A DNA stretch of 64,000 nt, taken from contig JAGMBO010000054.1 of NCBI GenBank assembly GCA_023129715.1, positions 38,291 to 102,290 on the forward strand, read 5' to 3'. The notes beneath the pieces were generated by a model that did not search any database, was not told the origin of the DNA, and saw nothing but the letters and a program-made list of their open reading frames with translations. Shown here in pieces: positions 28,826-38,040 of the stretch. The stretch is from Candidatus Eiseniibacteriota bacterium. GTDB lineage: Bacteria > Eisenbacteria > RBG-16-71-46 > CAIMUX01 > WJJG01. Positions within the stretch are counted from its first letter, which is position 1, and each line of letters begins with the position of its first letter. A program made the translations under genes and the position numbers.

Positions 28826-29898
28826 TGGTTTCGCTTCCTCTCTTCCTCGAGCTCGACGACCTGGTCTCGCTTCCTCTCTTCCTCGAGCTCGGCGACACGG
28901 CCCCGCATCTCGCGCACCTCACGGACCAGATCGGGCAGCTTGCGCAGCGCGGCATACATCCGCCGCGCCAGTCCATGCGGGGTGGCCGGGTAGCCCGAAA
29001 CCTGGGTTCGCGCGGGAACGCTCTTGGTCACGCCGCCTTGTCCGCCGATCATCACGTCGTCGCCGATCTCGACATGCCCGATGACACCGGACTGCCCACC
29101 CATTGTCACCCGGGCCCCCAGACTCGCGCTGCCCGCGATCCCCGCCTGTGCACAGAGAATCCCATCCTCCCCGACGGTGACATTGTGGGCGACTTGGACG
29201 AGGTTGTCGATCCGCGTTCCCCGGCGAATCCGAGTGATGCCGGTCGTCGCGCGATCGATGCACGTATTCGCGCCGATCTCGACGTCCTCCTCGATCACCA
29301 CCCGTCCAAGCTGCGGCACCTTGCTGTGCCGACCTGCGCGCGTCAGGAAACCGAAACCATCATCACCAATCACCGCCCCGGAATGCACGATCACGCGCTC
29401 GCCGATGCGCGTGTCCTTCCAGATCACCGCCCGCGGGTAGATCAGGGAGTCACGCCCGATCTCGACCTGATTCCCCACCGTCACGCCGGGCAGAATCGTC
29501 ACCCCCTCCCCGATGCGGCAATGTTCGCCGATGGTCACATAGGCTCCGATGGCGACCTCGGCGCCGAGCTCCGTGCCCACGCCGATCACCGCCGTGGGGT
29601 GCACGCCGGCGGGAACCGGGGACTCCCCATCCGCGAAGAGCTCCATCGCGCGCCGGAAGGTCGCCCGCGGATCAGCAACGCGAATGCTCGCCAATGCCGT
29701 TTCGGGATGATCGACGGGCAGGATCACTGCCGCCGCCTGCGTGCGCGTCAGCCAACCGGCAAGCTTGCGGTTGTCGAGAAAGGTGAGCTCACCGGCCTGG
29801 GCTTCCTTGATCCCCGCCAGGCCCCGGATGCAAATGGCGCCATCGCCGCAGACTTCACCCGCGAGGCGCTCGGCGAGATCCTTGAGAGTCAATTCCAT
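28822..29898 (-). CDS. lpxD: UDP-3-O-acyl-glucosamine N-acyltransferase
   Basis: IGDDGFGF, VEIGANTCIDR, IDNLVQVAHNV; start MELTL at 29898. Confidence 0.95.
   Translation of the reverse strand: MELTLKDLAERLAGEVCGDGAICIRGLAGIKEAQAGELTFLDNRKLAGWLTRTQAAAVILPVDHPETALASIRVADPRATFRRAMELFADGESPVPAGVHPTAVIGVGTELGAEVAIGAYVTIGEHCRIGEGVTILPGVTVGNQVEIGRDSLIYPRAVIWKDTRIGERVIVHSGAVIGDDGFGFLTRAGRHSKVPQLGRVVIEEDVEIGANTCIDRATTGITRIRRGTRIDNLVQVAHNVTVGEDGILCAQAGIAGSASLGARVTMGGQSGVIGHVEIGDDVMIGGQGGVTKSVPARTQVSGYPATPHGLARRMYAALRKLPDLVREVREMRGRVAELEEERKRDQVVELEEERKRNQ
28825..28896. repeat. 36-bp tandem duplication at the lpxD 3' end
   Basis: 28825-28860 vs 28861-28896, 2 mismatches; encodes V(A/V)ELEEERKR(D/N)Q twice. 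Confidence 0.9.
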
Positions 29899-29932
29899 GA
29901 GACGGTCCCTGGGGCGCCCGGTCGCGCGTGCC

Positions 29933-30460
29933 CTACTGCGAGCTTTCCTCGCCATTGAGGATACTGAGCACTTGGCTCGTCAAGTCGAAGTCGGGATCCC
30001 CGTACAGAATGTTGCTGTCGGCCGCGTCCAGGATCAGGTCGTAGCCATCTTCGGTGGCCAGCTCCTCGAGGACGGTCTGAATGCGGCTGATGATCGGACG
30101 CAGGAGTTCCTCGTTGCGTTGCTCGATCAGACCATCCGTGGCCCAGATGCTCTCCTTGAGCTGCTCGAACTCGTTGAGCTGGCGCTGGTATTCCAGCTCC
30201 TTCTCCTGGCGCCGTTCATCACTGAGCATCAGGCTCTGATGCTCGAGTTCCTTCTGCAATTCATCCAACTCATCCCGCCGCTCCTGCAGCTCGGTCTGCC
30301 ACCCCTCCACATCGCGGTTGAAGGTCGCCATCGCCCCTTGCACCGCCTTGTACTCCTGGAGGATGACCTCGCTGTTGACAAAAGCGATGCGCACCTCGGC
30401 AGCCGCTCCGGCAGCCAGGATTCCCAGGAGCGCCAGACTGATCATGCATGCCCGTCTCAT
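29933..30460 (-). CDS. skp: OmpH/Skp periplasmic chaperone
   Basis: Signal peptide, RIAFVN, long coiled coil, GYDLILD..ILY..DLT; between bamA and lpxD. Confidence 0.9.
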   Translation of the reverse strand: MRRACMISLALLGILAAGAAAEVRIAFVNSEVILQEYKAVQGAMATFNRDVEGWQTELQERRDELDELQKELEHQSLMLSDERRQEKELEYQRQLNEFEQLKESIWATDGLIEQRNEELLRPIISRIQTVLEELATEDGYDLILDAADSNILYGDPDFDLTSQVLSILNGEESSQ

Positions 30461-30541
30461 TGTCGCGCCTCCATCACCGGCAGGATATGCAGACTGCCTC
30501 AGCCTACCGAGGCGGGAGCCCGCGTGCCAGCGCTTTCTTCT

Positions 30542-32905
30542 CTAGAGCTGCGTGCCGAACGCGAAGTGGGTCCTCCACTTACGCGTCTCATTGCCGTAGG
30601 CGTAGTAGAGCCCCAACGGGCCCAGCATCGGCACCTCGAGGGTAATGCCGACGCCGGTGCCGAAGCGCAGGTCGTTAAGCGCCGCATCGAGAACCGAATT
30701 CCAGGTCTCCCCCGCATCGAAGAAGATCACCCCGCGCAGCGGGTCGACGATCGGGAACTGCAGCTCGCCGGTTACCCCGAACATCACCTTCCCGCCGGGG
30801 AAGCGGATCTCAGCACCGGCGCTGTTGGTGTAGATGTTCTCATCGGGCACGGCATAGTAGTCGTCGTAGCCGCGCAGATAGTCGAGTCCGGTGACCCCAC
30901 CAAGACGGAAGCGTTCCGCCGGCTCGATGCGTCCGCCACGATGATAGGTCTCCAGCAGGCCGGCGCGCCAGCGCAGCATGACGACCGGCGTCCAGAAGGG
31001 CCTGAAGTACTGCCGGTGATCGAAGGTCATCCGCACGTAGTCGAGATCGCCGCCGAGCAGACCGCCGTTGAACTCGGTGCGCAGCGTCGTGCGCGTCCCC
31101 AGCGAGGGATGGAAGGGATTGTCGGTCGAGTTGCGGTAGAGCGTGACGAACGCCCGCGAGAGCCGCCCGCTCCCCTCGCGCAGTAGCTCCTGGGTGTCCT
31201 CTTCGAGTTCGTCGATGTCCTCGTAGCGCGTGTCGGTCAGCGAGTAGCCCAGCGAGAGGCGCGTGTAATCGGGGAAGCGGAACATCCAGGGAATCCCGAA
31301 ACGCACGCCCCCCCCGGCGCGCTTCTGCCAGTAGTTCTGGTTCTCGCCGCTGCCGGTGTAGATCTCACGGTAGTACTCGGCCCGATAGAGGTCGACGCCG
31401 ACGGAGATCGGCCGCCCGAAGACCCAGGGCTCGGTGAAAGAGAGATCGTAGAACTCGCGCTGGCTGCCGTGTTCCAGCTTCAGGGTCACACTCTGCCCAT
31501 TGCCGAAGAGGTTGTTGTGGCCGAACTCGATGAAGCCGGTCAGTCCTCCCTGGCTCGAGTAGCCGGCTCCGGCGGTGGCCATCACCGAACTCTTCTCCTT
31601 GACCCGGAAGGTCAGATCGACTTCGTCGCTCTCCTCCCCCGGCTCGAACTCCATTTGCACATCCTCGAAGTAGCCGGTGGCGAAGACATCGCGCTGCGAG
31701 CGCAGCAGCAGGCTGCGGCGCAGCAGACTGCCGGGGAAGAGGATCAACTCGCGCCGGATGACCCGCTCCTTGGTGGTCGTGTTGCCGACGATGCGCACAT
31801 CACCCACCCGCGAGGGCTCCCCCTCGGATACCACGAAGGTCACCGCCACGCTGTCATCGACGACCTGACTGACCGGGTCGATCTGCAGTCCCGTCAGGTA
31901 GCCGCGCTCGGTGTAGAGATTGGCCACCGCCGCCAGCGTGCCGTCGATCTTGCTCTGATCGTATTCCTCACCCGCCACAAAGAGCGTCGCCGCGCGCAGC
32001 ATGCGCTCATCGAAGACCTCCGCCCCCTCCCAGGAAGGTTGGGCGAAACGGTACTGCGGGCCTTCCTCGATCCGGAAGGTCAGATCGACCCCCCGGCCGT
32101 CGGGGAGAAAGATCGGCTCGGCGGCGCTGACTTTGGCATCGCGGAATCCATGGTTGCGGTAGTACTCCTGAAGGCGGGCGACATCCTCGTCGAGCAGGCC
32201 GGCCGTGTAGCGGCCGCCGCGGAAAATGCGCAAGAGCCCGGGCAAGGGGGACTTCAGTTCGACATGGCCGCTGAGTTCATCGTCGGAGAGCACCTCGTTG
32301 CCAGCAAAGGAGACATGTCGGACCTTGACGCGCTCCCCCTCCGCGATCTCCACATGGATCAGTGCCCGCTGCCCGGTCGAGTCGGTGCCGACCAGCGTTT
32401 GCACTTGAGCCTGGGCAAACCCCTCGTCCCGGTAGGCCGCCTCGATCGTGCGCCCGGCGCGCTGCAGCGCGGGACGGCTGAGCATCTGGCCCACCTCCAG
32501 GCCGGCATGTTCGCGCAAGTCCTCGACGCTCATGAAGTCGTGCCCGGTGAAGGCGACGCGGCCCACGGGACGGCGCTCGTGGAAGCGGAATTCCAGGTCG
32601 ACGCGATGCTCCCCCAGCGGGGTCACGGCGACCGCGACCTGGTCGAAGAGCCCGAGGGCATAGAGGGCCCGGACGCTCTCACTGACACGATAGGGATAGA
32701 GCAGACCGCCGGCCGCCAGACTGACCGCCTCGGCGACCAGCGCGGTGTCGACCCGGCTGAGTCCGACATAACGCACCGTACCGATCTCGGCGCGTTCGCG
32801 GGCCCTGGTCCCGCTGGAGAACAGCAGCAGGCTCAGGGCGCCGAGCGCCCCAAGCCGAAGCCATCTTCGAGTCGCATGCATCGCGGACTTCCTGCCCACC
32901 GGCAC
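30542..32905 (-). CDS. bamA: Outer membrane protein assembly factor BamA
   Basis: Signal peptide, POTRA repeats (GN..TKERVIRRE), NLFGNGQ, FTEPW, LRGY loop, FFDAG, GPL.L.YAYG; alternative start 32881. Confidence 0.93.
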   Translation of the reverse strand: MPVGRKSAMHATRRWLRLGALGALSLLLFSSGTRARERAEIGTVRYVGLSRVDTALVAEAVSLAAGGLLYPYRVSESVRALYALGLFDQVAVAVTPLGEHRVDLEFRFHERRPVGRVAFTGHDFMSVEDLREHAGLEVGQMLSRPALQRAGRTIEAAYRDEGFAQAQVQTLVGTDSTGQRALIHVEIAEGERVKVRHVSFAGNEVLSDDELSGHVELKSPLPGLLRIFRGGRYTAGLLDEDVARLQEYYRNHGFRDAKVSAAEPIFLPDGRGVDLTFRIEEGPQYRFAQPSWEGAEVFDERMLRAATLFVAGEEYDQSKIDGTLAAVANLYTERGYLTGLQIDPVSQVVDDSVAVTFVVSEGEPSRVGDVRIVGNTTTKERVIRRELILFPGSLLRRSLLLRSQRDVFATGYFEDVQMEFEPGEESDEVDLTFRVKEKSSVMATAGAGYSSQGGLTGFIEFGHNNLFGNGQSVTLKLEHGSQREFYDLSFTEPWVFGRPISVGVDLYRAEYYREIYTGSGENQNYWQKRAGGGVRFGIPWMFRFPDYTRLSLGYSLTDTRYEDIDELEEDTQELLREGSGRLSRAFVTLYRNSTDNPFHPSLGTRTTLRTEFNGGLLGGDLDYVRMTFDHRQYFRPFWTPVVMLRWRAGLLETYHRGGRIEPAERFRLGGVTGLDYLRGYDDYYAVPDENIYTNSAGAEIRFPGGKVMFGVTGELQFPIVDPLRGVIFFDAGETWNSVLDAALNDLRFGTGVGITLEVPMLGPLGLYYAYGNETRKWRTHFAFGTQL

Positions 32906-32938
32906 GCCCGCATCCTGCGGGCGTCCTGCTCCGTTGCC

Positions 32939-35452
32939 CTAGGCCTCCGTGTCGGGCACCAGTGAGTCGGAGGCATCCTCCGCACCGGAACCCTCCCCCG
33001 CGGGGGTCTCCTCTGCCGGAGACTCACCCGGCTTGCCTTCTTCGAATCCCATCACCTCGCCGCGCTTGGTTACCCGCACCATCGCCCCCGCCTTGAACTT
33101 CCCGCGCAGGACCAGGTCGGAGAGCGGATCCTCGATATAGCGCTGGATCGCCCGGCGCATCGGCCGCGCCCCCAAGTCGGGATCGAAGCCTTTCTCCAGC
33201 AACAGCTCGACCGCCCCGCGCGTCAGGGTCATGTCCATGTCCACATCGACCAGGCGCTCGCGCACTTGGCCGATTAGGATCTGGACGATAGCCTCCATGT
33301 GCGACCGCTCCAGGGAGCGGAAGACGAGGATCTCGTCGAGGCGGTTGAGGAACTCGGGATTGAAGACCTTGCGGACCTCCTCCATCACCGTTTGCTTCAT
33401 CCTGTCGTAGGTCACGTCGGCGCCGTCGCGCGCGAAGCCGAGTCCCCCGCGTCCCCGCAGGCGTCGCGCGCCGATGTTGCTGGTCATGATCAGCACGCAG
33501 TTCTTGAAACTCACCCGCCGCTTGAGGCTGTCGGTCAAGATGCCGTCTTCCAGCACCTGCAGCAAGATGTTGAAGACATCGGGATGGGCCTTCTCGATCT
33601 CGTCGAGCAGGACTACCGAGTAAGGCTTGCGCCGCACCTTCTCGGTCAGCTGTCCCCCCTCCTCGTAGCCGACATACCCCGGCGGCGCCCCGACCAGCCG
33701 GCTGACGGCGAACTTCTCCATGTATTCGCTCATATCGATACGGATCAGCGCATCGGGATCGTTGAAGAGGTAGCGCGCCAGCACGCGCGCAAGCTCGGTC
33801 TTCCCCACCCCGGTGGGGCCGAGGAAGACGAAGGTTCCGATCGGCCGCCGCGGATCGCGCAACCCGGCGCGGTTGCGGCGGATCGCCTTGGCGACCGCCC
33901 CGACCGCCTCACGCTGGCCCACGATTCCCTTCTCGAGCTCGTCCTCCATGCGCAGTAGCTTGGCCGATTCCTCCTCACCGATCCTGGCGACCGGGATCTT
34001 CGTCATCCCCGCGATCACCTCGGCGATATCATCTTCAGTGACCCAGGTGCGCTGGGTGATCTTCGCGTCGTTCCATTCCTTCTTGATGCGGTAGTATTCC
34101 TGGCGCAAGCCCTTCTCACGATCGCGCAGGCTGGCCGCCTTCTCGAATTCCTGCGAGCGGATCGCGGCTTCCTTCTCCAGCGCGATCTGCTCGATCTTCT
34201 TGTCCAGGTCGCGCAGCTCCATCGGGAAGGTGCTCTGCGAGAGCCGCGCCCGCGCACCGGCCTCGTCGATTACGTCGATCGCCTTGTCGGGCAGGTGCCG
34301 GTCGGAGATATAGCGGTCGCTCAGCCGGGCCGCGCTGGTCAGCGCCTCGTCCTTGTACTGCACGCGGTGGTGGGCCTCGTACTTGTCGCGCAGACCGCGC
34401 AGGATCTGGATCGTCTCCTCCAGCGTCGGCGGATCGACGATCACCGGCTGGAAGCGGCGGTCGAGTGCGCCATCCTTCTCGACATGCTTGCGGTACTCAT
34501 CCAGGGTAGTGGCGCCGATGCACTGGAGCTCGCCACGCGAGAGCGCGGGTTTCAGCATGTTGGAGGCATCGATCGCCCCCTCGGCGCCCCCCGCCCCCAC
34601 GATCGTGTGCAGCTCATCGATGAAGATGATCGCATCCTGCGACTCGCGCAGTTCGTTCATGATGCTCTTCAGACGCTCTTCGAACTGCCCGCGGTACTTC
34701 GTTCCGGCGACGACGCTCGCCAGATCGAGCGTCACCAACCGACGGTTGCGCAGCAGTTCGGGGACCTTGCCATCCACGATCTGCTGGGCAAGCCCCTCGA
34801 CGATCGCGGTCTTGCCGACGCCCGGCTCGCCGATCAGGGCCGGGTTGTTCTTCTTGCGCCGGCACAGGATCTGGATGATCCGCTCGATCTCCAGCTCGCG
34901 GCCGAAGATCGGATCGAGCTTGCCCTCGCGGGCATACTGGGTCAGGTCGCGTCCGAATTGGTTCAGGCTGGGCGTCTCGGGCCGCTCATCGGCCTCCTGC
35001 TGCTGCCCGCTCGGATGCCCGCCGAGCAGCTTCAGCGTCTCCTCGCGGACGCGCTTGCGCTCGACGTTCATGTCGAGCAGTACCTTGGCCGCCACGCCCT
35101 CGCCTTCCCGAATCAGCCCGAGCAGCAGGTGTTCGGTCCCGACGTAGTTGTGGCCCATCTGGCGCGCCTCGTCGACGGCCAGCTCGAGCACGCGCTTGGC
35201 GTTCGAGGTAAAGGGGATCTCGCCGATGGTCAGCGTGCCGCCGGTGTGGGCCACCATGTTCTCTACACCTTGGCGGATGGCATCGAGGTCGAGTCCCAGA
35301 TTGCTCAGCACCGTGGCAGCGATCCCTTCGCCCTCGCGCAGCAGCCCGAGCAACAGATGCTCGGTGCCGATCGAATCGTGCTGCAACCGGCTCGCCTCTT
35401 CGCGCGCTAGGAAGATGACCTTGCGCACGCGTTCGGTGAACTTGTCATGCAT
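32939..35452 (-). CDS. clpC: ATP-dependent Clp protease ATPase ClpC
   Basis: Double Clp-N (GTEHLLLGL x2), [11 protein letters not shown] middle domain ([11 protein letters not shown]), GPTGVGKT. Confidence 0.95.
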   Translation of the reverse strand: MHDKFTERVRKVIFLAREEASRLQHDSIGTEHLLLGLLREGEGIAATVLSNLGLDLDAIRQGVENMVAHTGGTLTIGEIPFTSNAKRVLELAVDEARQMGHNYVGTEHLLLGLIREGEGVAAKVLLDMNVERKRVREETLKLLGGHPSGQQQEADERPETPSLNQFGRDLTQYAREGKLDPIFGRELEIERIIQILCRRKKNNPALIGEPGVGKTAIVEGLAQQIVDGKVPELLRNRRLVTLDLASVVAGTKYRGQFEERLKSIMNELRESQDAIIFIDELHTIVGAGGAEGAIDASNMLKPALSRGELQCIGATTLDEYRKHVEKDGALDRRFQPVIVDPPTLEETIQILRGLRDKYEAHHRVQYKDEALTSAARLSDRYISDRHLPDKAIDVIDEAGARARLSQSTFPMELRDLDKKIEQIALEKEAAIRSQEFEKAASLRDREKGLRQEYYRIKKEWNDAKITQRTWVTEDDIAEVIAGMTKIPVARIGEEESAKLLRMEDELEKGIVGQREAVGAVAKAIRRNRAGLRDPRRPIGTFVFLGPTGVGKTELARVLARYLFNDPDALIRIDMSEYMEKFAVSRLVGAPPGYVGYEEGGQLTEKVRRKPYSVVLLDEIEKAHPDVFNILLQVLEDGILTDSLKRRVSFKNCVLIMTSNIGARRLRGRGGLGFARDGADVTYDRMKQTVMEEVRKVFNPEFLNRLDEILVFRSLERSHMEAIVQILIGQVRERLVDVDMDMTLTRGAVELLLEKGFDPDLGARPMRRAIQRYIEDPLSDLVLRGKFKAGAMVRVTKRGEVMGFEEGKPGESPAEETPAGEGSGAEDASDSLVPDTEA

Positions 35453-35558
35453 CGCTCCCTGCCCTCACTCCCTCCAGGCGCATCCGGGCCCGCCCGGGTT
35501 GTTCTCCTCACTTGCACTCACCGCACCGGGCGCACGCCTCAGCGCCCCTCAGTCACGC

Positions 35559-36686
35559 TCAGCAACCCTTGGCGGCCAGGCGCTCCCGGATCCAACGGGC
35601 CCGCTGGACATTGCGTTCCCGGGAACTCATCTCGTGTCCGGCCATCAGTTGCAGGTGCGCCGGCTGGGCGCAGAGTAGGATCTCGTTGAGCGTGCGCACG
35701 CGCGGACATCCGGAGAGCTCGAGGGTCACGCCGAACCGCACGGCCGAGGCCAGCCCGATCACCTCCTCAGAGGAGAGCATATGGGCGTGTCCCAGCGCAC
35801 CCAGGGCGCGCATGACCTTGTCACGGACCTGGTCTCCGGCATCCTTGAGCAGGACATCCCGGGCCTTCTCTTCGTAGTCGAGCACCTGATGGATGACCCG
35901 CTCGAGATTGAGCAACGTCTGCGATTCCTTCTCCCCCAAGGTGATCTGGTTTGAGATCTGGAAGAAGTTCCCAAGCACGTCGGTGCCCTCGCCATAGAAC
36001 CCGCGTACGGCGAGGCCGACTTGGCCCACTCCGGCAAGGACCTTCTTGATCTTGCCGGTCAGCACGAGAGCCGGCAGATGAATCAGCACCGAAGCGCGCA
36101 TGCCCGTTCCGACATTCGTCGGGCAGGCGGTCAGGTACCCGAAATCGTCGAAGAACGCATACTCGAGCTGCGCCTCCAGGGAGTCGTCGATCCGATTCGC
36201 CTGCGCGTAGCACTCATCGAGCTGAAACCCGGCCCGCAGCACCTGGATCCGCAGATGGTCCTCCTCGTTGACCATCACGGCGGCGCGCTCATCAGCCGAA
36301 AAGGCCAGTCCGCGGTGGCGTCCATCGCGGGCCAGATCGTGGCTCGCCAGATGGCGCTCGAGGAGAAACTGGCGCTCGAGCGCCCCGAGACTCTCCATCG
36401 GGTAGAGTTCCGTCTGGGCGAACTCGGGCACCTGCGCGAGGCCCTGCGAAACCCGCTGCATGATCCGATCGAGCTCCTCGGCCAAGGCCCGCGGCGGGAA
36501 ACGGTGACCCTTGAGATTGCGGGCGAGGCGCACCCGCGTGCTCAGAATGGCGTCCTGCAGCGGCCCCTGCTCGTGGAACCACAGACCCTCGCCTTGGAGC
36601 ATTTCCGCCACCGGGAGGCTGGTCTTCAGCCCGCCCCCCTGGCCCTGCGCCTCCGCGCCTCTACCTTGGCTGCCCGAATCGTTCAC
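35559..36686 (-). CDS. mcsB: Protein arginine kinase
   Basis: STRVRLARN, ERHLAS, NEEDHLRIQ, GYLTACPTNVGTGMRASV..HLP, QISNQITLG. Confidence 0.95.
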   Translation of the reverse strand: MNDSGSQGRGAEAQGQGGGLKTSLPVAEMLQGEGLWFHEQGPLQDAILSTRVRLARNLKGHRFPPRALAEELDRIMQRVSQGLAQVPEFAQTELYPMESLGALERQFLLERHLASHDLARDGRHRGLAFSADERAAVMVNEEDHLRIQVLRAGFQLDECYAQANRIDDSLEAQLEYAFFDDFGYLTACPTNVGTGMRASVLIHLPALVLTGKIKKVLAGVGQVGLAVRGFYGEGTDVLGNFFQISNQITLGEKESQTLLNLERVIHQVLDYEEKARDVLLKDAGDQVRDKVMRALGALGHAHMLSSEEVIGLASAVRFGVTLELSGCPRVRTLNEILLCAQPAHLQLMAGHEMSSRERNVQRARWIRERLAAKGC

Positions 36687-36689
36687 GCC

Positions 36690-37253
36690 CTAAGCCTCCC
36701 CGTCCTCGCCGCCGCCACCCTCCCCCGGCGAGGGAGCCGCCGAGGGGGAATCGGCCCGGGTCGCATCGAGAGCTCGGATCTCGTCTCGCAAGGCTGCCGC
36801 CCGCTCGTATTCCTCCCGCTCGATCGCCCGCTGCAGATCCTCGTGCAGTTTCTGGACGCGCTGCCGGCGTTCATAGAGGTGTCCATCCTTGCCGGGCGCC
36901 TTGCCGACATGCCGGACAGACCCATGGACACGCCTAAGAAGGTGCTTCAACTGTGCGCCGAAATCAACGTAGCAGCTAGCACATCCGAGCCGTCCAGTTC
37001 GCATGAACTCGCTGTAGTGGAGACCGCAGTCCGAGCACTGGACGCCGCTCAGCTTGGCGCTGCCCTCGGGGTAGAGGTTCTCCGCCATCCAGATGAACTG
37101 ACTGGCGAGGGAGGCCTTCCCCTGGTCGAGCATCGAATGAAACCCCTTCTCCCGCGCGCACTTCTCGCAGAGGTGGAGTTCGGTCACCGCGTCATTCCTG
37201 ACTTCCTTGATGTGGATGACCGCATCCGCATGTCCGCAGAGCTGGCACTTCAT
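36690..37253 (-). CDS. mcsA: Protein arginine kinase activator
   Basis: Four CxxC motifs, GRLGC..CY, H.GK.P, UVR domain EEYERAAALRD. Confidence 0.95.
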   Translation of the reverse strand: MKCQLCGHADAVIHIKEVRNDAVTELHLCEKCAREKGFHSMLDQGKASLASQFIWMAENLYPEGSAKLSGVQCSDCGLHYSEFMRTGRLGCASCYVDFGAQLKHLLRRVHGSVRHVGKAPGKDGHLYERRQRVQKLHEDLQRAIEREEYERAAALRDEIRALDATRADSPSAAPSPGEGGGGEDGEA

Positions 37254-37990
37254 CCCTCGGACCCTCTCTCAGACGAGGCCGTGCGCCCCTGCCGGCCGGA
37301 GGCCCCAGCTTCACCGTGGGGCTTCAGCACGCCGTCCTCCAGTCTCCATCTTGTATCGGCCATTTGCGCCAGGTATTCATTGTGCGTCGCCACCACCCAG
37401 CTCTGTTGGCCCTTTCGAGCGACCGAATATAGCAACTGATACAATCGCTCGCCAGTTTCGCGATCGAGATTCCCGGTCGGCTCGTCGGCCAGAATCAGCC
37501 GGGGCTCGTTCGCCAATGCCCGTGCCAGCGCGACGCGCTGCTGCTCGCCGCCCGAGAGCTGCGCCGGGCGGTGGTGGCTCCGTAGCTCCAGTCCCACCAG
37601 GCTCAAGAGCTCCCCGGCCCGTTTCCAGGCCGCAGCACGATCCCGCCCGGCAATCAGCTGCGGGAGCCCCACGTTCTCGAGCGCGGTGAACTCGGGTAGC
37701 AGGTGATGATACTGGAAGATAAAGCCTACGTAGCGATTACGCAAGGCGGCCCGACTCTCATCGTCGGGCTCGGTGACCTCGGCCTGCCCATAGCACACCC
37801 GTCCTCGGTCGGGGCGATCCAATGCTCCAAGTAAATGCAACAAGGTGGTCTTCCCTGACCCCGAGGCTCCCAGAATGGCTACGATTTCCCCCGGATGAAC
37901 CCGCAGGTCGACGCCTCGCAAAACCTCCAGGCGCCGGCCTCCCGAGGGAAACCCCTTCCAGAGATCTTGAACCTCGAGAATCGTCTCCAA
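37250..37990 (-). CDS. lolD: Lipoprotein-releasing ABC transporter ATPase
   Basis: [44 protein letters not shown]; TTG start at 37990. Confidence 0.9.
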   Translation of the reverse strand: METILEVQDLWKGFPSGGRRLEVLRGVDLRVHPGEIVAILGASGSGKTTLLHLLGALDRPDRGRVCYGQAEVTEPDDESRAALRNRYVGFIFQYHHLLPEFTALENVGLPQLIAGRDRAAAWKRAGELLSLVGLELRSHHRPAQLSGGEQQRVALARALANEPRLILADEPTGNLDRETGERLYQLLYSVARKGQQSWVVATHNEYLAQMADTRWRLEDGVLKPHGEAGASGRQGRTASSERGSEG

Positions 37991-38040
37991 GTTTCGTCTC
38001 TCCCTTCCCTTCGCTCCCAAGTCCCCGGCGCGGGGGTTCC

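Noticed and set aside
35453-37300. CtsR operator near mcsA or clpC
   Set aside because: No GGTCAAA-type heptad direct repeat seen by eye; the TGAG-rich mcsB-clpC spacer shows no convincing structure
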